Notes under the pieces: model-generated
The model's database searches: none
Told to the model about the DNA's origin: nothing
Seen by the model: only the letters and a program-made list of their open reading frames with translations
Program-made: the position numbers and the translations under genes
Shown here: positions 46,098 through 54,110 of the stretch, one piece after another
How positions within the stretch are numbered: the first letter of the stretch is position 1
Layout of the letters: each line of letters opens with the position of its first letter
Assembly: GCA_009841235.1 (NCBI GenBank)
Contig: VXMH01000094.1
Span: 3,434-67,433, forward strand
From: Caldilineaceae bacterium SB0661_bin_32
Lineage (GTDB): Bacteria > Chloroflexota > Anaerolineae > Caldilineales > Caldilineaceae
Direction of reading: 5' to 3'
Length of the DNA: 64,000 nucleotides

Positions 46098-47561
46098 TCA
46101 GGACTCATTCACAGCGTAGATGCGCGCGTCGCGCAGATAGAAACGCAGGCAGACGTCACGCCCGGCAAGGCCCGCCGTATCCTTCCCGCCCCACCGCAGC
46201 GGCAGGGCGATGCCATCCATGTCGCGGAGAACACACCTTTCGCGCTCGTAGCCCTCAATGGCTTGGCCGTCCGGTTGCCGTACCTCCACCATCACGTAGG
46301 CCTGATCGGGTAGCAGCGTGCCTGTGCCGCTCTGCAGGTTGACCGTCAGGGGGCGTTGCGGGACCTTGAACAGGCGCGACGAAAACTCGGCGTTGGACTG
46401 CGACCCCACCCAGGTTATGCGGTCGACCGGCGTGCTGTAGCGCCGCATCGTGTTGTACTCGAGGAAGCACAGGCGGCCGTCAACGACAAAAGGTGTGCAG
46501 GTCGTAAACACGCCCACGTGCATCTCGCGCGCCGGGCGCTGCCAGCGCCGCCCATCGTGACTCACCCACCATTCATAGGAGACATGGGGCCCGTGTTCGC
46601 CGATCATGAGCGGGCTGCGGGCATAGTTGCGCATCAGGCCGACAAAGCGATCACGGTAGGCGAACACGGTAAACATGTAGAGTTCGAGGTCCGGGGGATC
46701 ATCCGCATCCGGTTCGATAAAGTTCTCCAGGCGCGACCAGTGGGCGCCGTCGTCACTGCTGCGGATCGCCAGCACGCGGCGCTGGTCTGGCCCGATGCTG
46801 TCCGCAAGCGCCGCCGCGAATGGCCGCTTTACGGCCTGGTAGCAAAGGTATTTCCGGCTGCGCGGGTCGTAGATGGCCGAAAAAGCGTCGTTGCCGTCGC
46901 GGAAGGCCGGGTTATGCTCCCACTCCTGCCAGTGCAGACCATCCGCTGAAAAGGCCGTGCCAGCGTTGTGCACCGGATGATACCCCGGCAACGTCCCTTC
47001 GGCGTGCGCGGGCCCCCAGCCGGTGTGGATCATGGCGTAGCGGCGATTGGGATCGGTCGCGTCGTCGTTTCGCATCACCGAAAAGATGCCGCCATTGTCG
47101 ATCAACACGTTGGGCGACTTCGCGTCCGCGACGATGCCCAGGTCCGGCCGTTCGAAGTGGATGCCATCGCGCGTGCGGGCATAGCAGACCTGCCACTTCA
47201 TCCTGGAGGGATCCCAGCCCGGGCGTGTTAGGCTAAAGGTTTTGTCGCTCTCAGAATGGCTGCGTGCGCTGGCCTGTTCCGCGATCAGCCGCTCGACGAG
47301 AAACCGCTCGGGGCTGCGCCGCAGACTGTACCAGACGTGGATGGTGCCGTCGGGCTCCTGGAGGCTGGTGAACGCCAAGTCCTGGGCGAATTCGTTCAGG
47401 TCCTCCTCCAGCCCTTGAGGAGGACTGTCATCGCGAACGAGGCGGCAGCCGCCCGTGAGCAGCCGGCCGCGCGGTTCATGCGCGTCTTCCAGGGACATGA
47501 AGAGCAGAGTCAGGGCATTTCTGTCCTGCTGTTGGTCCGGAACCGGATTGGCGCCGTTCAT
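46098..47561 (-). CDS. Hypothetical protein, probable beta-propeller glycosidase-like fold
   Basis: ATG 47561 follows GGGAGG. Repeated blade-like segments (DGIHFERPDLGIV; SADGLHWQEW; SSDDGAHWSRL) are reminiscent of GH32/43/68- or BNR-type propellers. The fold assignment is inference only. Confidence 0.45.
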   Translation of the reverse strand: MNGANPVPDQQQDRNALTLLFMSLEDAHEPRGRLLTGGCRLVRDDSPPQGLEEDLNEFAQDLAFTSLQEPDGTIHVWYSLRRSPERFLVERLIAEQASARSHSESDKTFSLTRPGWDPSRMKWQVCYARTRDGIHFERPDLGIVADAKSPNVLIDNGGIFSVMRNDDATDPNRRYAMIHTGWGPAHAEGTLPGYHPVHNAGTAFSADGLHWQEWEHNPAFRDGNDAFSAIYDPRSRKYLCYQAVKRPFAAALADSIGPDQRRVLAIRSSDDGAHWSRLENFIEPDADDPPDLELYMFTVFAYRDRFVGLMRNYARSPLMIGEHGPHVSYEWWVSHDGRRWQRPAREMHVGVFTTCTPFVVDGRLCFLEYNTMRRYSTPVDRITWVGSQSNAEFSSRLFKVPQRPLTVNLQSGTGTLLPDQAYVMVEVRQPDGQAIEGYERERCVLRDMDGIALPLRWGGKDTAGLAGRDVCLRFYLRDARIYAVNES

Positions 47562-47677
47562 GCGCCCTGCCTCCCCTCTGGCCCGTTCGCCGCCATCGTC
47601 AGGCAGAGGCGGCTGCGGGTGAAAGCGCCGATTGCCCACCCCGCTGCCACGGGCATCGTCAACTTTCCGGCCTCACA

Positions 47678-48709
47678 TCACGCCAACGCGGCCACCATCT
47701 CGTCGGTGTAGCCGAAGATGGCCGGGGAACCGCCGGTGTGAACGAACACCACCGGCTCCTGCGACGGCAGGGCACCCCCGCGGATGTGCGCCACCAGCCC
47801 GGCCAGCGCCTTGCTGGTGTAGACCGGGTCGGTGAGGATGCCCTCCTTGCGCGCGAGCAGGCGCAGGGCCTCCAGCCCCTCCGGCGTGGGAAGGCCGTAG
47901 CGCTCGCCGACGAAGGAGTCGTCGTTGTCGAAGTCGGCCGCGGTCAGGGTCACGTCCAGGTCCAAACGCTCGGCGGCCTGGTTCGCCATCTTTGCCATGC
48001 GCTCTTCGTTGCCATTTTTGGATGACGGGTTGATCCCCTTCACCTGCATCGGGTTGCCCACCGCCTTCAATCCGAGAACGAGCCCGGCCTGGGTCGTGTC
48101 GGCCGCGCTGACGTACATGTGCTGCAGTTCGACTCCCTGCTCGCGGCTCTGGCGCACGACTTCGAGGGCGGACTGGGCGTAGGCGATGACATCCAGGTCA
48201 ATTGTATCGGCCTGGCGCGGTACGTAGACGTTGTGGCCGGCCGCCCGTAGTTCCTCAGCCTTGGCCGCGATCGCCTCCTGCTGGCGGTCCCGGTCGTTGT
48301 CTGAAAGCACCGTCACATGCGCGCCCAGCAGCCGCTGGATCAGGTTGTTGCCGGTGATCGCGGTCTTGTCGATCTCCCGTTCCGACCTCAGGATCAGATA
48401 CAGCGTGATACCCATCTTGGCGCAGGCCCCGGCCAGCTGGCGGCAGTAGTTGGACTGCACCGCCGCGCCGAAGACGACTGTATCTGCCCCCCGCTCCACC
48501 GCCACCGCCAGGCTGTACTCGAGCATGCGGGTCTTGTTGCCGCCGAAAGCCAGCCCGGTCAGGTCGTCCCGTTTGATATAGACCTGCGGCCCGCCCAACG
48601 CGGCGCTGAAACGGGGCAGATGCTCCAGCGGCGTATTCACCTCGCCCAGGTGAACGCGGTTCAGATTGGCCATCGCCATTTCCAGTTTGCTTTCCAGTGC
48701 GGACCCCAT
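47678..48709 (-). CDS. PLP-dependent D-cysteine desulfhydrase / ACC deaminase family protein
   Basis: ATG 48709 follows AAAGGAGG. TPLEHLPR...YIKRDDLTGLAFGGNKTRMLEY contains the family's PLP-lysine motif. Confidence 0.8.
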   Translation of the reverse strand: MGSALESKLEMAMANLNRVHLGEVNTPLEHLPRFSAALGGPQVYIKRDDLTGLAFGGNKTRMLEYSLAVAVERGADTVVFGAAVQSNYCRQLAGACAKMGITLYLILRSEREIDKTAITGNNLIQRLLGAHVTVLSDNDRDRQQEAIAAKAEELRAAGHNVYVPRQADTIDLDVIAYAQSALEVVRQSREQGVELQHMYVSAADTTQAGLVLGLKAVGNPMQVKGINPSSKNGNEERMAKMANQAAERLDLDVTLTAADFDNDDSFVGERYGLPTPEGLEALRLLARKEGILTDPVYTSKALAGLVAHIRGGALPSQEPVVFVHTGGSPAIFGYTDEMVAALA

Positions 48710-48796
48710 GACCACGCCTCCTTTTGATCTTTCCGAGTATCGATCTGTCAATAGTCGCAAGCATATAAGCGCCTGACAAGAATGAAGCGCCGGCCC

Positions 48797-50590
48797 CTAG
48801 TCGCCGGCCGGCTGCAGTTCCGGCTGCCCGCTCAGCTGCCAGGAGCGCGCCAGGCTCTGCGTTTCAACCATCTGGGCGTAACGCCCGCCGCGTGCCATCA
48901 ACTCGTCGTGGGCGCCGGTTTCGATGATGCGCCCACTGTCCAGCACGACGATCTTGTCGGCGTGGCGGATGGTCGAGAGGCGGTGGGCGATCACCAGCGT
49001 GGTGCGGTTGCGGGTGAGGCGGTTCAGCGCCTGCTGGATCAGCCACTCGGTCTCGGTGTCCACCGACGAAGTGGCCTCGTCCAGGATCAGGATCGGCGCA
49101 TCTTTCAGCAGCGCGCGCGCGATCGAGATGCGCTGTTTCTGCCCGCCGGACAGGAGCACGCCGCGCTCGCCGATGATCGTGTTGTAGCCGTCGGGCAGGT
49201 CGACCACGAACTCGTGCGCGTTGGACGCCTGCGCCGCCTGCACGATCTCATCGACCGTTGCGTCGGGGCGGCCGAAGGCAATGTTCTGGCGCACAGTGCC
49301 GTGGAAGAGGAAGACATCCTGCATGACCGAGGCCACATTGGCGCGCAGGAACTCAAGGTCGAGGCTGCGCAGGTCATGGCCGCCGATGCAGACCTGTCCG
49401 TCCTGGGGATCGTAGAAGCGGGGGATGAGGCGGCTGACGGTCGTCTTGCCGGCGCCGGTTGTGCCCACCAGCGCAACCATCTCGCCGGCGCCGATCTCGA
49501 AATCGATCCCGTTCAGCACCGCCTCTTCCGACTGATAGCCGAAGGAGACGTTATGGAAGGCAACGTCCCAGCGCTTGATGTGGGGGGTTATCGCATCCGG
49601 CGGGCTGCTGATCTCCGGTTGTACGGCCAGCAGTTCGAAGATGCGTTCCTGGCTGGCGCCGGCGCGGTGCAGTGTGTCGCTGATGTCGGCCAGCTTGAGG
49701 AAGGGCAGGTAGATATAGGCCAGATAGGCGATGAAGACAAAAAGATCGGCGATATTCAGCGTGCCGGCGAGAGCCAGGCTGCCCCCCACCCAGACAGCGA
49801 CGATGACACCCACGCCGCCGGAAAACTCGACTACGGCCGAGGGCAAGAGGGAGACTTTGTTTGCCTCGCAGATCTTGTCGCGGTAGTCGGCCGCCGAGCT
49901 CGCCACATATGCCGCCTGCGCCTTCTCCTTGCCAAAGGACTTGATTTCGGTGATGCCGGAGAAGCTGTCCTGCACCTGGGCCACCAGCTCGGAGATGCCG
50001 GCCCGCACCTGGCGCCACATCCGGCGCACCTCCCTGGTGTAGCGGTAGATGACATAGCCGCCGATCGGCAGCGGCAGCACGACAAGCAGGGCCAGCAACG
50101 GGTGGATCCAGAACAGGACGCACCACATGGTGACGGGGATAACGGTCGCCAGGATCAGTTCGGGCACGCCGTGGGCGATAAAGTCCTCCAGCGTTTCGAT
50201 GTCGTTGACCGAGCGTACGATCAGGGCGCCGGTGCGCTGGCGGTTGTAGAAGCTGTGGGAGAGCTGCTGCAGGTGGCGGTACACGCGCGCCATCAGGTCG
50301 GTGGTGACGCCGTAGGCGGCGACGTGGGAGAAGCGGCCGTAGAAGTAACGGCCGGTGCCGCGCAGCAGATAGACAATCCCCAACACCGCGGTCATCGTCA
50401 GCAGGCCGGAGGTGGAGCCCCCGCCCTCGGTGATCCAGAATATGAGGCGACGCACCAGCAGGGGCGGGACGAGCGTCGTCGCCGAAAAGAGCAGCCCGCT
50501 GAGAATGGAGAGGGCCATCAGCTTGCGGTGATCGCCCAGGATATGCCAGAGCCCGGTCAGGAAGCCCTGCGGCGGATTGTTGGTGGACAT
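48797..50590 (-). CDS. ABC exporter, fused transmembrane and ATP-binding domains (MsbA/MdlB-like)
   Basis: Six-TM N-terminal half. Walker A GTTGAGKTT, signature LSGGQKQR, Walker B ILILDEATS. Confidence 0.9.
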   Translation of the reverse strand: MSTNNPPQGFLTGLWHILGDHRKLMALSILSGLLFSATTLVPPLLVRRLIFWITEGGGSTSGLLTMTAVLGIVYLLRGTGRYFYGRFSHVAAYGVTTDLMARVYRHLQQLSHSFYNRQRTGALIVRSVNDIETLEDFIAHGVPELILATVIPVTMWCVLFWIHPLLALLVVLPLPIGGYVIYRYTREVRRMWRQVRAGISELVAQVQDSFSGITEIKSFGKEKAQAAYVASSAADYRDKICEANKVSLLPSAVVEFSGGVGVIVAVWVGGSLALAGTLNIADLFVFIAYLAYIYLPFLKLADISDTLHRAGASQERIFELLAVQPEISSPPDAITPHIKRWDVAFHNVSFGYQSEEAVLNGIDFEIGAGEMVALVGTTGAGKTTVSRLIPRFYDPQDGQVCIGGHDLRSLDLEFLRANVASVMQDVFLFHGTVRQNIAFGRPDATVDEIVQAAQASNAHEFVVDLPDGYNTIIGERGVLLSGGQKQRISIARALLKDAPILILDEATSSVDTETEWLIQQALNRLTRNRTTLVIAHRLSTIRHADKIVVLDSGRIIETGAHDELMARGGRYAQMVETQSLARSWQLSGQPELQPAGD

Positions 50591-50651
50591 GGTTTTAAGA
50601 GTTTTCGGCTTTTGGCTTTAGACAACGCCTTGTCATCGAATCGGGGCATGT

Positions 50652-50679
50652 CACTGAAAACTGAGTACTGAAAACTGCC
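50652..50679. repeat. Heptad tandem repeat NACTGNN x4
   Basis: Reads cactgaa|aactgag|tactgaa|aactgcc. It lies between the pduE-like stop (50686) and the exporter start (50590). Confidence 0.7.
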
Positions 50680-50685
50680 GTTCAA

Positions 50686-51141
50686 CTACTCCAACTCGCG
50701 GCGCAGCAGGCCGCGTTCCCGGTAGACGGTAGCGGCCTCCTCGACAAAGGCGGCCGTGGCCGCGGCGTTGAACTCATCGCGCAGGCGCCGCGCCAGCGCC
50801 TGGTACTCCTCGAAGCTGCAGCGTCCGGGCCGCAGCATCTCGTACATCTCCAGGAGCGTCTCGTTGGGGACGGCGGTCAGCTCGGAAGCCCGCTCCAGGT
50901 TCTGCGCCAGCTGCGGGTAGCCGGCGTCGCGGGCGATTTCGGCTTGGGCGCGCAGCGTCTCCGCGCTGATGCTGTAGTCCTCGGAGGAGATATCTTCGGT
51001 CAGCGTCTTCTGCAGCGAGAGATCACGCAAGGGCCGCCCACTGGCCGCGTTGAGCGTGTCATTTCGATTGGCGTAGAGGGGATAGTCTCCGTTATAGGAG
51101 TGAACGGTGTTGCCTCGCTCCTCACTTCTTTCGTCTGTCAT
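50686..51141 (-). CDS. pduE: Diol/glycerol dehydratase small (gamma) subunit, PduE/DhaB3-like
   Basis: DYPLYANR, ISAETLRAQAEIARDAGYPQLAQNLERASELTAVPNETLLEMYEMLRPGR and AAFVEEAATVYRERGLL are collinear with PduE as I recall it. RBS AAGGAAG. Confidence 0.85.
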   Translation of the reverse strand: MTDERSEERGNTVHSYNGDYPLYANRNDTLNAASGRPLRDLSLQKTLTEDISSEDYSISAETLRAQAEIARDAGYPQLAQNLERASELTAVPNETLLEMYEMLRPGRCSFEEYQALARRLRDEFNAAATAAFVEEAATVYRERGLLRRELE

Positions 51142-51180
51142 CTTGCTGCTTCCTTGCGCTCAAGGTCGATGAAAGAGCAG

Positions 51181-51218
51181 TTCTCTCACTCCTCTCTCCT
51201 CTTCACTCTCTCCTCGCC
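51181..51218 (-). repeat. GA-rich intergenic repeat, copy 4 (GA-rich on the minus, mRNA-sense, strand)
   Basis: Reverse complement is GGCGAGGAGAGAGTGAAGAGGAGAGAGGAGTGAGAGAA. It matches copy 3 at 33/35 positions and lies between the dehydratase stop and the pduE-like start. Confidence 0.8.
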
Positions 51219-51219
51219 C

Positions 51220-53496
51220 TCACACATCCGGCTCCCAGCGGAAGTAAAGCTCCTGGGGCGCCTTTTCCCTTATATCTTCGATCTCCCGACGGTGCAGCAG
51301 GGCCGTCTTGACGATCAGCCGCAGCCGCGCGCCGTTGTCGACCTTGACGCCGACCGGCAGGGGGCTGAGCCCCTTGGCGTAGCGGGCCGCGTTGCGCCCA
51401 ATCGCCTGGTAAATCTCCAGCGTCAGGCTGGGCGACTGCGGGAACAGCTCCAGGTTGTTGAGCGGAGCCAGCCCGCGTTTCTGGATGACGGTCGTGCCGC
51501 GGCTCTGCAGCCCGACGGCGATGCCGGACCCGCTCAGACGCGCGCCGGCGTGGCCGATGGCGGCGCAATCGGCGCTGTGATAGACCCGCACCACGCGGCC
51601 GTAGAACGCCTCCTCCGCCACACCGGTGAGCAACGCCTCCAGCACCTCCTCATGGTCCAGCTCGCCGATCGTCTTCACCAGCGAGGTCCCATAGGCCGGC
51701 CCCACCGCGACGACGATCTCATTCGCCGAGGCGCCCACCTTGGCCGTGCTGATCTCGGCCAGATTGGGCAACGGTTCCCCCACCTGTGCGTCGATAAAGT
51801 CGCGCGGCGACTTCTGCTGCGGAATGCGCTGGAGCGCGTCCCAGGTTTCGCCTTCGAGGCGGTAGCCTGTGCCGGGCCCGGTGTAGTCGTTGTTGTCGTT
51901 GATGGCGCTGATCACGTTGAAACCGTCGGCAAAGATCGCTGACGGCTGCAGATAGTCCCCCGCCACCCGCTGGCGGCCCATCTCGAGCAGATTGGCAGCC
52001 GCCTGTTCAAAACCGCTGCGGTGCAGCGCGCGTACGACGTCGGACAGATTGGCCGTACCCTCCAGGAAGCGGTCGGCCGCGGCCAGGTCGGCCACCATGT
52101 CCCGTTCCGGCATATCCGCGCTGCTGTGGGCGAGCGCGGCCGCCTCCACCTCCTCGTCCTTGATAGGCGGGAAATCCAGTTCGGCGTAAATAGCCTGCAG
52201 CGCCTGCGCGGCCTGCCGGCGGGCTGCCACGGCATCGGCCTCTTTTACCGGTCGGATGCCGCCGTTCACCTGCATATCGCGTTGAATGACGGTCCAGTCG
52301 TCGAAGTCCTCGGCGTCGAAGTTGCCGCCGCCGAACATATTGTCCTGCTTTGGGATGGCGCTGTAGCCGGAGCAGATGAAATCGGTGCCGGGGATCATCT
52401 GCAGCATCAGTTTGGCCGTCTTGCGCAGCGCCGAGTGGGAGGCCAGCGCGTCGTTGCCGGAGGCGCATTCCAGCCCCAGCATCGAAGCCAGCAGATTCTC
52501 GGCCAGCACGCCGCGCACGCCCCCGGGCAGCGCTTCCGGCAGCGCGATGCAGGAGATGGAGCCATTCTGCACGCCCTGGCTGCCTGCCCCCTTCGTTATC
52601 AGCAGACAGCGGGCCTCCAGATAGAGCATCGAGCACTGCTCGGCGTAACCCATCAGCGCCTCCGAGCCGGTGCCGGAGGTGAAGCGTATCTTGATGCCGC
52701 GGCTGGCGTAAGCCGAGGCCAGAAAGGCCTTTGACCAGGGCGTGTCGTCGCCGTCGACAAAGGAGCGCTCGCTGCCGTAGACGGAAAGCGTCTCCGCGTA
52801 CGAGGTCAGCCCTTTGATGCCCAGCCGCAGGCCGAACGCCTCCTCGACCGCGCACTGGGTGAGTACGCCGCCGCGGCTGGTCTGCGAACCGACGAGAATG
52901 GCAAGGGCGTTGAGAGGCGCGGCGCGCGCGACGCGCACCGTCGTCTCGATCTCGGCAAAGCCGCGCAGCGCCGCCTCGGCCGCGTCCGCGGCCAGCAGGG
53001 CCGGGTTTTCGCGCCAGTTGGTGACATGGGCCTGGTTGGCCGGGGTCTTGCGCACCCGCATCTTGCCCAGTCCCATCATCATCTCCAGCACGTTCATGTG
53101 GCGCACGATCTCGCACAGCTTGGCCGGCGTGCAGCCGTCGGCCAGGCGGCGGATGGCGGGCTGCGGCACGTTGATATCGACCAGCATGCGCGCGATCTGG
53201 TGCGAAGGCGTCGCCATCGCCTCCTCTGCGACCGCCAGGTCGAGGGCGTGATCGGCGATGAAGCGGTCGAGCGCGTCGAAATCGGCCCGCTCTTTGCCGT
53301 CCATCTCCACGACCTCCCCGTCGACGATGCGCAGCGACGGCTGCGGATCATAGGGGCTGTCGGCGACGGTCAGCCCGGCTTCGGCCCACTCTTCGACGTA
53401 GGTCTCGCGGTTGATGTCGCGCCCGGCGAGGATGGAGAAGCGCCGCGAGCCGGTATCCCCGTTGGCGCTGCGGTCCGTCGCCGTTGTTGTGGTCAT
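51220..53496 (-). CDS. Diol/glycerol dehydratase large subunit fused to medium subunit (PduC-PduD-like fusion)
   Basis: A single 758-aa ORF. The N-terminal ~570 residues are collinear with PduC/DhaB1 (SYAETLSVYGSE, GVQNGSISCI, GDYLQPSAIF, NDYTGPGTGYRL). The C-terminal ~170 residues are collinear with the PduD/DhaB2 core (EIVVAVGPAYG, LSGSGIAVGLQSRGTTVIQ, LNNLELFPQSPSLTLEIYQAIGRNAARYAKG). Confidence 0.85.
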   Translation of the reverse strand: MTTTTATDRSANGDTGSRRFSILAGRDINRETYVEEWAEAGLTVADSPYDPQPSLRIVDGEVVEMDGKERADFDALDRFIADHALDLAVAEEAMATPSHQIARMLVDINVPQPAIRRLADGCTPAKLCEIVRHMNVLEMMMGLGKMRVRKTPANQAHVTNWRENPALLAADAAEAALRGFAEIETTVRVARAAPLNALAILVGSQTSRGGVLTQCAVEEAFGLRLGIKGLTSYAETLSVYGSERSFVDGDDTPWSKAFLASAYASRGIKIRFTSGTGSEALMGYAEQCSMLYLEARCLLITKGAGSQGVQNGSISCIALPEALPGGVRGVLAENLLASMLGLECASGNDALASHSALRKTAKLMLQMIPGTDFICSGYSAIPKQDNMFGGGNFDAEDFDDWTVIQRDMQVNGGIRPVKEADAVAARRQAAQALQAIYAELDFPPIKDEEVEAAALAHSSADMPERDMVADLAAADRFLEGTANLSDVVRALHRSGFEQAAANLLEMGRQRVAGDYLQPSAIFADGFNVISAINDNNDYTGPGTGYRLEGETWDALQRIPQQKSPRDFIDAQVGEPLPNLAEISTAKVGASANEIVVAVGPAYGTSLVKTIGELDHEEVLEALLTGVAEEAFYGRVVRVYHSADCAAIGHAGARLSGSGIAVGLQSRGTTVIQKRGLAPLNNLELFPQSPSLTLEIYQAIGRNAARYAKGLSPLPVGVKVDNGARLRLIVKTALLHRREIEDIREKAPQELYFRWEPDV

Positions 53497-53900
53497 GCCT
53501 CGTCCTCGATTCCCTGTCCGAAGGCGATGAAGTGGCCGTCCGGGTCATACACGGCGAACTCGATGTTGTCGTATTCGTGCTGGTGCGTCAGGCCGTAGGC
53601 AAACTCGGCGCCCTTGGCCTCGAATTCGGCATAAAGCGCCCGCACATTCCGAACCCAGACGTAAGCGTCCCAGTAGCCGCCCCGCTCCCGGTTGGGGACA
53701 ATCTCATGCTTGGGGCCCACCTGCTTGAGCATGAAGATGAAGCCGTCGCGGTCCGGCATGGCGAATGTCGGCGGCTCTCCCCAAAGGTGGGGCCGGGTGA
53801 AGCCGAGCACATCGCAGTAGTAGTCGAGCGACGCAGCAAGATTGCGCACGTTGAAATAGGGGGCGGAGCCGACCAGGGTTGGGGAGTCCGCGGTAGACAT
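53493..53900 (-). CDS. VOC (glyoxalase/bleomycin-resistance/dioxygenase) family protein
   Basis: ATG 53900 follows GGAGG. 135 aa, with FNVRNLAASLDYYCDVLGF and DPDGHFIAFGQ typical of VOC proteins. It overlaps the dehydratase start by 4 nt (ATGA). Confidence 0.75.
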   Translation of the reverse strand: MSTADSPTLVGSAPYFNVRNLAASLDYYCDVLGFTRPHLWGEPPTFAMPDRDGFIFMLKQVGPKHEIVPNRERGGYWDAYVWVRNVRALYAEFEAKGAEFAYGLTHQHEYDNIEFAVYDPDGHFIAFGQGIEDEA

Positions 53901-54110
53901 GGGAGACCTCCAGTACCATGAAGAAGAAAAATGGTTGCACTCCTGTGAGAACGCTGCAACGACCGGTTGCGTGGATGGATAATGACAGTTAAGCCTTCGC
54001 CACTGCCCGAAATCAACCGTCCATCTTCGGTTGTGCAATGTATACTATGAGACTGCTTGTACTCTACTATCTTGGAGGGGAAACCCTTCCGGGTCGTCCA
54101 GATTTTCTGT

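Noticed and set aside
468-50671. Many long ORFs antisense to or overlapping the called genes. Examples: 468..1226(-), 4172..5464(-), 6043..7212(-), 13867..15054(+), 16728..17720(-), 22702..24339(+), 29182..30153(+), 40699..41760(-), 42919..43827(-), 48782..50671(+), 52007..53116(-), 56961..58376(+).
   Set aside because: These are typical shadow ORFs of high-GC DNA. They have Arg/Ala/Gly/Pro-rich low-complexity translations, no RBS and no recognisable motifs. Each lies fully within a gene on the other strand or frame that has clear family signatures.
2786-51218. Whether the GA-rich repeats or the heptad repeats could be a CRISPR array or a mobile-element terminus.
   Set aside because: The copies are single and dispersed over 48 kb. 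They have no regular repeat-spacer organisation, no cas genes, and no transposase, integrase or target-site duplications. They are treated as dispersed intergenic repeats instead.
53940-54035. Cobalamin-riboswitch-like words (CCTGTGAG, GCTGCAACGACCGGT, GCCACTGCCCGAAA) on the plus strand just upstream of the VOC-dehydratase operon region.
   Set aside because: The pieces are on the wrong strand for the B12-dependent operon, and no plus-strand gene follows. I could not find the GGGAA...GGTG...AATCC core or a B12 box (AGYCMGGAGACCKGCC-like). An Infernal scan with RF00174 would settle it.
53901-54038. Possible C-terminal remnant of HepT on the far side of the R-M cassette (frame reads ...DFGQWRRLNCHYPS..., containing an R-x4-H spacing).
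   Set aside because: Only the R-x4-H spacing matches. The flanking residues do not resemble the HepT consensus (RN..H.Y..vd...vw). The frame starts right after a stop and runs into the VOC gene start. The evidence is too thin to call.
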